This document shows, one piece after another, positions 54,251 to 63,783 of a DNA stretch of 64,000 nucleotides. Both the position numbers and the translations under genes were made by a program. Source of the DNA: Alphaproteobacteria bacterium (GTDB taxonomy: Bacteria > Pseudomonadota > Alphaproteobacteria > GCA-2731375); NCBI GenBank assembly GCA_965232515.1, contig CBDDPY010000002.1:4960001-5024000 (forward strand), read 5' to 3'. The notes beneath the pieces are model-generated. The model saw only the letters and a program-made list of their open reading frames with translations. It did no database searches and had not been told where the DNA came from. Every line of letters begins with the position of its first letter. Position 1 is the stretch's first letter.

Positions 54251-56593
54251 ATGATGCAGCCACGGACCGAGCCATCGGCGCTGAAGTCCGTCGTCTGTAC
54301 CAGTTGCGACGGCTTTTGCCCCGTCGCGGCGAAGGTCGAGGACGGCCGCGTCGTCAAGGTCACCACCCGCGAGCACCCGTTCTTCAAGGACGTGATCTGC
54401 ATGAAGGGCGCCTATGCGCCGAAGTCCTTCGCGCATCCCGACCGCCTTCTGCATCCGCTGAAGCGCACCGGCGCGCGGGGCGAGGGCGGCTGGCAGCAGG
54501 TCACCTGGGACGACGCGCTCGACGACATCGCCGAGCGCCTGCGAACGGTCGTCGCCCGGTACGGGCCCGAAGCTTTCGCCGTCGCCGCCAGCAACGCCAA
54601 TTTCGGCCTCGACAACGGCCTGACGCGGCGGTTCATGAACCTCATCGGCTCGCCCAACTTCATCAGCGGCGTGGCCTACTGCATGGGCAACACGGCCGCC
54701 GTCAACCGCATGGTCTACGGCTGGTACCCGCGCGGCGACATCCTCAATTCGAAATGCATCGTGCTGTTCGGCCACGATCCCCGCCGGCATAGCTGGACGC
54801 TGGAATACAAATCCATCCGCGTCGCCCAGGCCGGCGGCGCCAAGCTGATCGTGCTCGACCCTCGCAAAAGCGAGAACGCCGAGGCCGCCGATATCTGGCT
54901 GCCGCTGCGCGCCGGCACCGACGCCGCCATGACCCTGGGCTGGCTGAACGTGATCCTGGAAGAGAGCCTCTACGACAAGGATTTCGTGCGCGACTGGACC
55001 GTCGGCTTCGACGCCTTTGCCGAGCGCGTGCGCGAGTATCCGCTGGACCGGGTCGCCGAGATCACCGGCGTCGACGCCGAACTGATCGCCGGGGCGGCGC
55101 GCATGTACGCCATGTCGTCGCCTGCCGTGATCCCCTGGTCCCCGATCACCGACCAGCAGGCCTCCTCGACCTCGGCGATCCGGCTGCAATGCGCCCTGCG
55201 GGCGCTCACCGGCAATCTCGACGTCAAGGGCGGCGAGATGTTCGCCGGCTTTCATCCCGGCATCCGCTCGGACACCGAGATCGAGCTGCATGACGAACTG
55301 TCCGACGCGCAGAAGGCGAAGCAGCTCGGGGCCGAAGAATTCCCGGTCTTCACCTATCGCGGCATGCGGGCGCTGGGCGATGCGACCGAACGCGTCTGGG
55401 GCGCGCGCTGGGCCAACCTGATTTCGGGCTGCTACATGGCGAACCCCATGGCCGTGTTCAAGGCCATGGCCGACGGCGATCCTTATCCCGTGCGGGCGTT
55501 CTTCGCGCTCGCCAACAACACGCTGATGTCGTTCGCCAACACCCGGCGGATCTACGACGCGCTGATGCGGCAGGACCTGATCGTCGCCTACGAGCATATG
55601 CTGACGCCGACGGCCCAGCTCGCCGACTACGTGCTGCCGGGCGACGCCTGGCTCGAGCGGCCGAGCATGATGGCGGGGCTCAGCGAGCAGGCCATGGCGC
55701 CGCCCGGCGACTGCAAGTCGATCGTGTATTTCTGGTGCGAGTTGGCAAACCGGATGGGAATGGAAGCGTATTTCCCGTGGGCATCGGTGGAAGCGCTGCT
55801 GGATTTCCGTCTGGAGCCGGCGGAGACGACCTGGGAGGGAGTCGTCGCCGCCGGCCGCCTGCCGAAGGCCGGCTACGAGGAGAAGAAGTATCTCAAGACC
55901 GGTTTCGCCACGCCGTCGGGCAAGGTCGAGCTCGCGTCCTCGGTGCTGGGCGATCTCGGCTTCGACCCACTGCCCTACTACCGCGAGGCCGCGGCGCCGG
56001 ACACCGACTTTCCGATGACCATGTTCATCGGCCTGCCCGACGACGAGTATTACCGCACCGGCCACCGGCATATCCCGGAATTGCGTCAGCGGGCGCAGGA
56101 CCCGACGCTCTTCGTCAACCCGGACGACGCCGACCGGCTCTGTCTGGACGAAGGCGGCTGGGCCCGGGTCGAAACCGCGGCCGGCGCCATGGCCGGCCGC
56201 GTCTTCGTGCGCTCGGCCATGCCGGCCGGGCTCATCCGCGTGCCGCACGGCTGGTGGAAACCGGAATCGCGGCCCGGTCTCGAGAACATGTCCGGCATGT
56301 GGTCGTTCGCCGACGCGCAGCTCACGTCGGACGACGATCCCGACCTGATCGACCGCGAGCAGGGCGTGCCGCACCTGAAGGGCGTGCCCTGTCGCATTTC
56401 CGCGCTCGACCCGGCCGAGGTCGCCCGGCTCGAAGCCGAGTTCGGCCCCACCGACCGGCTGCCGCGCGGCCCCGAGGGAAAGGTGCTGCGCGCGAAAAGC
56501 CGGCCCGGCGACCTCACGTTTGACGACGAATTCGGCGACGGCGTCGAATTCGAAGCGGTTCAGCTTTCCCTTTACGGCCGCGGCTCTGTATAG
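54251..56593 (+). CDS. Bis-PGD Mo/W enzyme of the acetylene hydratase clade
   Basis: CTSCDGFC..ICMK [4Fe-4S] motif with Asp after the second Cys; RRFMNLIGSPN..YCMGNTA; IPW..TD; MANP; PGDAWLERP; IRVPHG.W.PE; no Tat signal. Confidence 0.85.
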   Translation: MMQPRTEPSALKSVVCTSCDGFCPVAAKVEDGRVVKVTTREHPFFKDVICMKGAYAPKSFAHPDRLLHPLKRTGARGEGGWQQVTWDDALDDIAERLRTVVARYGPEAFAVAASNANFGLDNGLTRRFMNLIGSPNFISGVAYCMGNTAAVNRMVYGWYPRGDILNSKCIVLFGHDPRRHSWTLEYKSIRVAQAGGAKLIVLDPRKSENAEAADIWLPLRAGTDAAMTLGWLNVILEESLYDKDFVRDWTVGFDAFAERVREYPLDRVAEITGVDAELIAGAARMYAMSSPAVIPWSPITDQQASSTSAIRLQCALRALTGNLDVKGGEMFAGFHPGIRSDTEIELHDELSDAQKAKQLGAEEFPVFTYRGMRALGDATERVWGARWANLISGCYMANPMAVFKAMADGDPYPVRAFFALANNTLMSFANTRRIYDALMRQDLIVAYEHMLTPTAQLADYVLPGDAWLERPSMMAGLSEQAMAPPGDCKSIVYFWCELANRMGMEAYFPWASVEALLDFRLEPAETTWEGVVAAGRLPKAGYEEKKYLKTGFATPSGKVELASSVLGDLGFDPLPYYREAAAPDTDFPMTMFIGLPDDEYYRTGHRHIPELRQRAQDPTLFVNPDDADRLCLDEGGWARVETAAGAMAGRVFVRSAMPAGLIRVPHGWWKPESRPGLENMSGMWSFADAQLTSDDDPDLIDREQGVPHLKGVPCRISALDPAEVARLEAEFGPTDRLPRGPEGKVLRAKSRPGDLTFDDEFGDGVEFEAVQLSLYGRGSV

Positions 56594-56646
56594 CTAGGCG
56601 CGGGACAGGCGACGACGGATCGTCGCCGACATATCGAGAGGGAAGC

Positions 56647-57654
56647 ATGGCCCAGAACCGCCAGGTTATTGTCCGTGAGCTGCCGAAGGGCGCGCTGACG
56701 CAGGATCACTTCGAGTTGCGCGAGGCCGAGATGCCTGCGATCGGCGCGGGCGAGGCGCTGGTCCGCACCGTCCTCATGTCGATCGACGCCGCCAACCGGG
56801 CCTGGATGCAGGGCGCGACCTACCGCGAGGCCGTGAAGGCCGGCGACGTCATGCACACCTATTCGATCGGCGAGGTCGTGGAATCGAACGACGACAGCCT
56901 GACGCCGGGCGACATCGTCGCGGTCGAGGCGCGTTGGGCCGACTATGTGGCGGTCAAGGCGCGGCGCGCGCAGAAACTGCCCGACATTCGGCCGCTGTCG
57001 CACCTGCTGTCCGTCTACGGCATCGCCGGCAAGACCGCCTATCACGGTCTGGTCGGCGTCGGCCGGCCCAACGCCGGCGAGACCGTCGTGGTCTCGGCTG
57101 CGGCCGGCTCGGTCGGCATCTATGTCGGCCAGATCGCCAAGGCGCTCGGCTGCCGCGCCGTCGGCATCGCCGGCGGGCCCGAAAAGTGCGCCTGGGTGAC
57201 GGACGAATTGGGCTTCGATGCCTGCGTCGACTACCGCGCCGGCAACCTGTTCAAGGACCTGAAGGCCGCCTGCCCGGACGGCGTCGACATCTATTTCGAC
57301 AATGTCGGCGGCGCGGTGCTGGAAACCGTGCTGTTCCAGATGAACGAGAAGGGCCGCGTCGTCTGCTGCGGCGCCGTCAGCCAGTACGACGCCGACGCGC
57401 CGTCGGGTCCGCGCAACCTGCCCGGCCTGGTCGTGGTCAAGCGCCTGCGCATGGAGGGTTTCATCGTCATGGACTTCGCCGACCAGGACCAGAAGGCGAC
57501 CGACGACATCGGCAACTGGCTCCGCGACGGCAAGCTGAAGGTGGTCGACGACATCGTCGACGGCCTGGAGAACGCGCCCAGCGCCCTCATCGGCCTGCTC
57601 GCCGGCGACAACCGCGGCAAACGCATGGTCCGCGTCGCCCCCGACCCGGGGTGA
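56647..57654 (+). CDS. NADP-dependent oxidoreductase, PTGR/CurA (enone reductase) family
   Basis: TAYHGL, VSAAAGSVG, GIAGGPEKC, YFDNVGG, CGAVSQY, GLENAPSA..GDNRGK. Confidence 0.9.
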   Translation: MAQNRQVIVRELPKGALTQDHFELREAEMPAIGAGEALVRTVLMSIDAANRAWMQGATYREAVKAGDVMHTYSIGEVVESNDDSLTPGDIVAVEARWADYVAVKARRAQKLPDIRPLSHLLSVYGIAGKTAYHGLVGVGRPNAGETVVVSAAAGSVGIYVGQIAKALGCRAVGIAGGPEKCAWVTDELGFDACVDYRAGNLFKDLKAACPDGVDIYFDNVGGAVLETVLFQMNEKGRVVCCGAVSQYDADAPSGPRNLPGLVVVKRLRMEGFIVMDFADQDQKATDDIGNWLRDGKLKVVDDIVDGLENAPSALIGLLAGDNRGKRMVRVAPDPG

Positions 57655-57696
57655 GCGAGCGGCGGGCGCATTCCGACGGACGGCGCGGACGTTTGT

Positions 57697-58116
57697 TCAC
57701 AGTTTTTCGCCGGGCAGCTGACTGGCCTGCATCACCCAATCGGAGAACTGGTCATCGAGCCGATCGCCTTCGTGAATGTTGAAGTAGCGCACGTCCTTTT
57801 GCTTCGACTCGCCGGGCGGCGTGGGGCTCAGCGACGCGCCACTGAAGAAGGTGACTTGGACGTAATTCGTGAAGCAGTAATAGCTGAGGAACCAGCCCTG
57901 GCCCTCGATGCCATATAAGGGCGCGTTCCATTTGACAGCCTTCTGCATGTCGGGGACGGTGCGTTTGACGATGTCGTCGATGCCGCGCCCGACATCGCGT
58001 TTCCAACCCGGCATGGCGGCGATATAGGCCTGAACCGGACCGTCCCCATCGCCCTTCGGAATCTGCGGGTTGCCGCCCGTGAGAAGTTTCGGTTTCGACG
58101 ATTTCTTGTCTGCCAT
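57697..58116 (-). CDS. DUF1801 domain protein
   Basis: LLTGGNPQIPKGDGDGPVQAYIAAMPGWK..KAVKWNAPLYG..LPGEKL. Confidence 0.85.
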   Translation of the reverse strand: MADKKSSKPKLLTGGNPQIPKGDGDGPVQAYIAAMPGWKRDVGRGIDDIVKRTVPDMQKAVKWNAPLYGIEGQGWFLSYYCFTNYVQVTFFSGASLSPTPPGESKQKDVRYFNIHEGDRLDDQFSDWVMQASQLPGEKL

Positions 58117-58157
58117 TGCTTACGCTTCTCGGGAGCTCGTCTTGCCGTCACCCGCGG

Positions 58158-58310
58158 TCAGTCCGTCTCGAATTCCTTCAGAAAGGTTTTCAGCAGCGCA
58201 TCGAGCTGCTGCTGCTGCTCCTGCTTGGACAGGCTGGCCACGAGGCGGCATCGCAATTCCACATGGTCGGTCACCGCGGCGTCGGTGACGCAGAGGCCCT
58301 TGTCGGTCAT
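58158..58310 (-). pseudogene. Probable C-terminal remnant of a MarR regulator
   Basis: Translates as MTDKGLCVTDAAVTDHVELRCRLVASLSKQEQQQQLDALLKTFLKEFETD, like the MarR LTxxG..helix5-helix6 region; HTH absent. Confidence 0.45.
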
Positions 58311-58420
58311 TCGTCGCGAGTTGGCCGACGACGGCTGTCAGCCGACACTGCAGGCGGACACGGGCCGCACATCCCCTCAGGCTTTCTCGTGAAGACGTTC
58401 ATTGGAGATCCTGATTGGGA

Positions 58421-58873
58421 CTAAGCCTCCGCGAACGACAGCGCCAGCAGGTCGCCGCGCAGGGTGTCGGTGTCATCGCCTCCCAGCAACCGGTCGACCA
58501 CATCATGCGTACGGCGCCAGATTGGCACGGCTTGTTTCAGGAGATCCCGGCCGGCGTCGGTCAGCCCGAGGCGGCGGCTGCGTTTATCATTCGGGTCCGG
58601 AAACACGGTCAAGAGGCCGCGCCGTTCCAGCGGCTTGGCGTTCGCCGTCAGCGTCGTCCGATCCATGGCGAGCAACCGGGCGACGTCGCCGATGCGCGGC
58701 GGCTCGGGCCGGTTAAGCGAGATCAACAACGAATATTGTCCGTGCGTCAGCCCGACGGGCCTGAGCGCGTCGTCGAACCGCCGGCCGATGGCCCGCGCGG
58801 CACGCTGCAAATGCAGGCACAGACAGCGGTCGCGAACCTCGTGCGTGACGCTGAGTGGCAGATCGTTTCTCAT
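58421..58873 (-). CDS. MarR family regulator (N-terminal CxC)
   Basis: CLCLHLQRAARAIGRRFD, MDRTTLTAN.KPLERRG, DKRSRRLGLTDAG. Confidence 0.9.
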   Translation of the reverse strand: MRNDLPLSVTHEVRDRCLCLHLQRAARAIGRRFDDALRPVGLTHGQYSLLISLNRPEPPRIGDVARLLAMDRTTLTANAKPLERRGLLTVFPDPNDKRSRRLGLTDAGRDLLKQAVPIWRRTHDVVDRLLGGDDTDTLRGDLLALSFAEA

Positions 58874-58884
58874 GTAAGATATTA

Positions 58885-58902
58885 TATGTTGATATCAACG
58901 TA
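58885..58902. promoter_or_regulatory. MarR operator-like palindrome between marR and the VOC operon
   Basis: TATGTTGATATCAACGTA with a perfect core GTTGATATCAAC. Confidence 0.65.
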
Positions 58903-58984
58903 AATTTCAAGCACACTCTGCCCATCGGGCCCGCGCACCGTTCCGGGTCCGGACAACGTGATGACATGTGAGCGGGGCCGATCC

Positions 58985-59230
58985 GTGCGCATCAACGTCT
59001 ATATCAATCTGCCGGTCGGCGATCTCGACCGCTCGCGCCGGTTCTTCCAGGCGCTCGGCTTTTCCTTCAATGACGCCTTCGGCGACGACACCGCGCTGGC
59101 GAACGGGGCCGGCGCCGTGCGCGAGCCTGAGGACCACGGTTTCATGTACGGCCACGCCTTCGCCGACCCCGACGGCCATATCTGGGAGCCGTTCTGGATG
59201 AACCCCGACGCCATGGACTGTGGACAATGA
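58985..59230 (+). pseudogene. VOC/glyoxalase family gene with internal in-frame deletion
   Basis: N-part INLPVGDLDRSRRFF.ALGFSFN..DDTA joins directly to C-part GA..REPEDHGFMYG..F.DPDGHIWE; the middle of the fold is missing. Confidence 0.65.
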
Positions 59231-59697
59231 CCGAGAAACCCAAGGTCCGCACCTGCCTCTGGTTTAACGCCGGCGGCGAGGCGGCAGCCGAATTCTACGT
59301 CGCGCTGTTGCCCGACAGCCGCATTGAAACGGTTGTGCGGCCGGACCCCGACGGACCGCCGCTCGTGGTCGAGTTCACACTCGCGGGCGCCCCCTACATG
59401 ATTCTGAACGGCGGCCCGCACTACCAGCTCACGCCCGCCGCCTCGATCTCGGTCCTGACGACGGATCAGGCCGAGACCGACCGTCTCTGGGCGGCGCTCA
59501 CCGCCGACGGCGGCAGTGAAAGCCAATGCGGCTGGCTCACCGACAGATACGGCGTCTCCTGGCAGATCGTGCCGGAAGCCCTGCCGCGCCTGCTCGGCGC
59601 CGAGGATCGGACGGCCGCCGCCCGCGCCCAGGAAGCCATGCTGACCATGGGCAAGATCGACATCGCCGCCCTCGAGGCGGCCTTCAACCGCAGCTGA
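59227..59697 (+). CDS. VOC family protein (PhnB/3-demethylubiquinone-9 MT-like)
   Basis: TCLWF..AAEFY, LNGGP, CGWLTDRYGVSWQIVP, MGKIDIAAL. Confidence 0.88.
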   Translation: MTEKPKVRTCLWFNAGGEAAAEFYVALLPDSRIETVVRPDPDGPPLVVEFTLAGAPYMILNGGPHYQLTPAASISVLTTDQAETDRLWAALTADGGSESQCGWLTDRYGVSWQIVPEALPRLLGAEDRTAAARAQEAMLTMGKIDIAALEAAFNRS

Positions 59698-59709
59698 TGG
59701 AGCTTCGCC

Positions 59710-60105
59710 ATGGCCAAAGCCGTCACGCCGTTCCTGATGTTCGAGGGCCGGGCCGAGGAGGCGATGACCTTCTATATCGGCCTGTTCCCGGACAGCCGCA
59801 TGGTCGCCATCGACCGCTACGGTCCCGACGGACCGGGCGCCGAGGGCACCGTCGTGGTAGCCATCTTCATGCTGGGCGGGCAGGCCATCATGTGCAGCGA
59901 CAGCCCGGTGCCGCACGCGTTCACCTTCACGCCGTCGAGCTCGCTGTTCGTCACCTGCGAGAGCGAGGCCGAACTCGACCGGCTGAGCGCGGCATTGACC
60001 GAAGACGGGGAGGTGCTGATGCCGCCCAACAACTACGGCTTCAGCCGCAAGTTCACCTGGGTGAACGATCGCTTCGGCGTCTCCTGGCAGCTCAATCTCG
60101 AATGA
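59710..60105 (+). CDS. VOC family protein (PhnB-like)
   Basis: TPFLMFEGRAEEAM.FY, FTFTPS.SLFV, YGFSRKFTWVNDRFGVSWQL. Confidence 0.88.
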   Translation: MAKAVTPFLMFEGRAEEAMTFYIGLFPDSRMVAIDRYGPDGPGAEGTVVVAIFMLGGQAIMCSDSPVPHAFTFTPSSSLFVTCESEAELDRLSAALTEDGEVLMPPNNYGFSRKFTWVNDRFGVSWQLNLE

Positions 60106-60124
60106 CTGAACGAGGAATTCTCTG

Positions 60125-60478
60125 ATGGCCTACGTAGACGGATTTGTCGCCGCCGTGCCGACCGCCAACCGCGACGCCTTCATCGAACACGCGAAAATCA
60201 GCGCCGAGGTCATCAAGGAATGCGGCGCCTTGAAGGTCGTCGAATGCTGGGGCGACGACGTGCCCGACGGCGAGCTCACCTCGTTTCCGCTGGCGGTAAA
60301 GAAACGGGATGACGAAACCGTCATCTTTTCGTGGATCGTCTGGCCGTCAAAGGACTTACGTGACGCGGGCATGCAGAAGATGATGGCGGACCCGCGCATG
60401 CAGCCCGACACGAACCCGATGCCCTTCGACGGCAAGCGCATCATCTTCGGCGGCTTCGAGATGATCCTGGAAAGCTGA
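60125..60478 (+). CDS. DUF1428 (YbaA-like) protein
   Basis: MAYVDGFV.AVP, VECWGDDVPDG..TSF, FSWIVWP, MPFDGKRIIFGGF. Confidence 0.88.
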   Translation: MAYVDGFVAAVPTANRDAFIEHAKISAEVIKECGALKVVECWGDDVPDGELTSFPLAVKKRDDETVIFSWIVWPSKDLRDAGMQKMMADPRMQPDTNPMPFDGKRIIFGGFEMILES

Positions 60479-60513
60479 CGGCGCTTGGCGCAAGCTGTTA
60501 GGGGAGGCCCGAC

Positions 60514-61596
60514 ATGGCCCGGAAAGTCCATGTGCTGATCGGCACCAAGAAGGGCGCCTTTGTGCTCGACGGCGACGCGGCGCGCAATTCGTGGTCGCTT
60601 CGCGGCCCGTTCTGCGAGACCTGGCCCATCAATCACGTCGTCGCCGACCCGGCGAGCGGCGTGATCTACGGCGCCGGCGGCAACGAGTGGTTCGGCCCGG
60701 CGGTGTGGAGGTCCGAAGACCTTGGTGAAAGCTGGACCCACTCGAGCGACGGCCTCGCCTATCCGGAAGGCCAGGACCCGGTCAAATCCGTCTGGAGCCT
60801 GGCGCCCGACGGCGACGGCCTCTACGCCGGCGTCGAGCCGGCCGGGCTGTTCCGCAGCGACGATGCCGGCCAGACCTGGCGGCACCTGCCCGGTTTGCAG
60901 GACCATCCCTCGCGCGCCGAATGGGAGCCGGGCGGCGCCGGCCTGATCCTGCATTCGATCGTCCGCCACCCGGCCGACCCGCAACAGCTCTGGATCGGCA
61001 TCTCGGCCGCGGGCGTGTTCCACACGTCGGACGGCGGCGTCACCTGGCAGCCGCGCAACCAGGGCACCCGCTGCGACTTTCTGCCGGAGGACCAGCGCTA
61101 TCCCGAATTCGGCCAGTGCGTGCATTCGCTGGCGATCGCGCCCGGCATGCCGGACCGCCTCTATCAGCAGAACCATTGCGGCATGTACCGCTCGGACGAC
61201 GGCGGCCGGTCCTGGGAAAGCATCGAGGCAGGCCTGCCGTCGACGTTCGGCTTTCCCGCGGCCGCGCATCCGCGCGACCCGGCGACGCTCTATCTGGTGC
61301 CGCTGAACGGCGACGTGCAGGGCCGTTACATGCCCGACGGCAGGGCCGCGGTCTGGCGCACGCGCGACGCCGGCGCCACCTGGCAGGACCTGCGCGCCGG
61401 CCTGCCGCAGCAGAACGCCTTCCTCGGCGTCCTTCGCCAGGCCATGGCGGCGGACTCGCTCGAGCCAGCCGGAATCTATTTCGGCACCTCGTCGGGCGCG
61501 CTGTTCGCCAGCGCCGACGAGGGCGAGAGCTGGACCTGCATCGCCCAGCACCTGCCGACCATCAGTTCGGTCGAAACCCTGGTCGTCGAGGCCTAG
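60514..61596 (+). CDS. BNR/Asp-box beta-propeller protein (sialidase-like fold, no signal peptide)
   Basis: Repeated SxDxGxTW boxes; IGTKKG, QQNHCGMYRSDDGG, STFGFP. Confidence 0.85.
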   Translation: MARKVHVLIGTKKGAFVLDGDAARNSWSLRGPFCETWPINHVVADPASGVIYGAGGNEWFGPAVWRSEDLGESWTHSSDGLAYPEGQDPVKSVWSLAPDGDGLYAGVEPAGLFRSDDAGQTWRHLPGLQDHPSRAEWEPGGAGLILHSIVRHPADPQQLWIGISAAGVFHTSDGGVTWQPRNQGTRCDFLPEDQRYPEFGQCVHSLAIAPGMPDRLYQQNHCGMYRSDDGGRSWESIEAGLPSTFGFPAAAHPRDPATLYLVPLNGDVQGRYMPDGRAAVWRTRDAGATWQDLRAGLPQQNAFLGVLRQAMAADSLEPAGIYFGTSSGALFASADEGESWTCIAQHLPTISSVETLVVEA

Positions 61597-61616
61597 GCCG
61601 CGCGGGGAAGACGGCG

Positions 61617-61886
61617 ATGCCCACGGTCACGGTCGTGCTGCCCCGGCCGTTCAAGACGCTGTTTCCGGACGCGCCCGCGCGGCTCGACGTCACCGCCGCA
61701 ACGGTCGCCGACCTGCTCGACGCCCTCGACGACCGCTGGCCCGGAATGCGCGACCGGGTCCGCGACTCGACGCCGGCGATCCGCCGCCACATGAAGGTCT
61801 TCGTCGATGGCGAGCGGGCGACCCTGGACACCCGCCTCGCGCCCGGCGCCGAGGTCTTTATCCTGACGGCGATCAGCGGTGGCTGA
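61617..61886 (+). CDS. MoaD/ThiS ubiquitin-like protein
   Basis: 89 aa; TVADLLDAL..PG, VFVDG, C-terminal AISGG. Confidence 0.88.
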   Translation: MPTVTVVLPRPFKTLFPDAPARLDVTAATVADLLDALDDRWPGMRDRVRDSTPAIRRHMKVFVDGERATLDTRLAPGAEVFILTAISGG

Positions 61887-62316
61887 TCCGGGTCGCGATA
61901 AGGCCGCCGCCAACGGCCGCGAGCTGGCCGGCGCCTGCCTCTGCGGCGCCGTGCGCTACGCCGTGGCCGACGCATTCACCTATGCCATGAACTGCCATTG
62001 CTCGAAATGCCGGCGGACGACCGGCGCGGCCTTCAAGCCCTTCGCCGGCATCGCGCGCGACAAGCTGCGCATCACCGATGGCGCGAACGATGTCCAGATC
62101 TTCGGCGACCCCGACCTCCACGACGTTCACTGCCGGCCGTGCGGCTCGCTTCTCTACGCCGTCGTCCGCAACGGCGCCTTCGTCCATGTCGCGATGGGAA
62201 CGCTCATCGATACGCCCAGCATCCGCCCCACCTGCCACATCTTTGTGGGCTCCAAGGCGCCCTGGTTCACCATCACCGACGACCTGCCGCAATACGACGA
62301 ACTCCCCGATCCCTGA
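61879..62316 (+). CDS. GFA (glutathione-dependent formaldehyde-activating) family Zn protein
   Basis: GACLCGAVRY, CHCSKCRR..G, CRPCGS, HIFVGSKAPW. Confidence 0.88.
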   Translation: MADPGRDKAAANGRELAGACLCGAVRYAVADAFTYAMNCHCSKCRRTTGAAFKPFAGIARDKLRITDGANDVQIFGDPDLHDVHCRPCGSLLYAVVRNGAFVHVAMGTLIDTPSIRPTCHIFVGSKAPWFTITDDLPQYDELPDP

Positions 62317-62430
62317 ACGGCTGCGCCGCCCGGACGTCGCCGCAAGCTATGCGCACCGGTGGCATGTGGCCCGGCCATTCGCTAGACTCCCGCCGAACGG
62401 GCGTTCGTATAGCAAAGGATGGGCGGAGCG

Positions 62431-63324
62431 ATGGCGGCGAAGAACTGGCAAGTCAGGCGTCTGACGACGGCGCTGGGGGCGGAGGTAACGGGGCGGCGCT
62501 TGGCCGAGACCGACGCGGCCGACATCCCCGAAATCACGCGCCTGCTGCACGAGCACATGGTGCTGTTCTTTCCCGATCAGCACATGGCCGCCGGCGATCA
62601 GGTCGCCTTCGGCCGCCATTTCGGCCCGCTCGAAGGCCATCCGAACCTGACGGACCGCAACCTCAAGGAGCATCCGGAGCTCTATCGCCTGGCCGCCAGC
62701 CAGGGCGGCATCGCCGACGAATGGCACACCGATCTCACCTTCCTGCCGCAACCGGCCTTGATGTCGATCCTGAACATGAAACAGTGCCCCGAGATCGGCG
62801 GCGACACCATGTGGAGCAGCATGTTCGCCGCCTATGAAGGCCTGTCGGCGCCCATGCAGGAACTCTGCGACGGCCTCAGCGCGCTACACGACGCGCATCC
62901 GCACGACCGCGCCGACCGCACGACCATCCATCCGCTGGTCCGCGTCGACCCCGGCAGCGGCCGCAAGGCGCTTTATGTGAACGAACATTTCACCCGGCGC
63001 ATCGTCGAGATGAATCCGACCGAGAGCGACGCCCTGCTGACCTACCTCACCAACTGGGTCAAGCAGCCGGCCTTCACCGTGCGCTACCACTGGCGGGCCG
63101 GCACCATCGGCATGTGGGACAACCGCTTCACGCAGCACTATGTGATCAACGACTTCGTCGGCGAGCGCGTGATCGAGCGCGTCACCGTGATGGGCGACCG
63201 GCCGAAGGGCGCCGCGCCGCGTTGGCGCCCCTGGACCGAACGCGCCGGCCGCTCCGCCATGACGCGCCACGACCGCCAGCTCATCCGCCACCTCAAATCC
63301 GCGACGGCCGACGCCGCGGAGTGA
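62431..63324 (+). CDS. TauD/TfdA family 2OG-dependent dioxygenase
   Basis: LGAEV.G, WHTDLTF, GGDTMW, HPLVR, MWDNRFTQH..R. Confidence 0.9.
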   Translation: MAAKNWQVRRLTTALGAEVTGRRLAETDAADIPEITRLLHEHMVLFFPDQHMAAGDQVAFGRHFGPLEGHPNLTDRNLKEHPELYRLAASQGGIADEWHTDLTFLPQPALMSILNMKQCPEIGGDTMWSSMFAAYEGLSAPMQELCDGLSALHDAHPHDRADRTTIHPLVRVDPGSGRKALYVNEHFTRRIVEMNPTESDALLTYLTNWVKQPAFTVRYHWRAGTIGMWDNRFTQHYVINDFVGERVIERVTVMGDRPKGAAPRWRPWTERAGRSAMTRHDRQLIRHLKSATADAAE

Positions 63325-63783
63325 CGCAGGCTTTGTACCGGTCTCCGGCCGCGCTTTTCCGGATCGGAATGAACATGCCCGCGACCTGAACGGCCCGTCC
63401 CGGCGAGGGTGGTTGATTCATGTCAACGACGCGGGCCCGCGAAACGCGTTTTTCGGTCTCGGGTTAGGCTGGGCCTTGTCTGCGGCCGATGCGCAGGAGT
63501 CCGGTGCGTGCCCGCGGATGCAATGAATGCCGTGCGCCCAGGCACGGCGAGAAAAGGGGGCGCCATCGCGCGTGTGGCGAACAGGCCGCAATAGGGCGAC
63601 CGAACGAAGGTCCGCTTCCCAAGATCTGCTGGCAATCGCTCTCAAGGACGGCGCTGGGCTCCGCCGCGGTTCCGCTGTGGCGAAAGCACCGGCAGGACCG
63701 CCGCCCGAACGCCGCTTCTTGCGGACCGGCGATCTGCTGCGATCGCCGCCGCCGCGCCAACCATGTCGCCGGATTGGATGACC

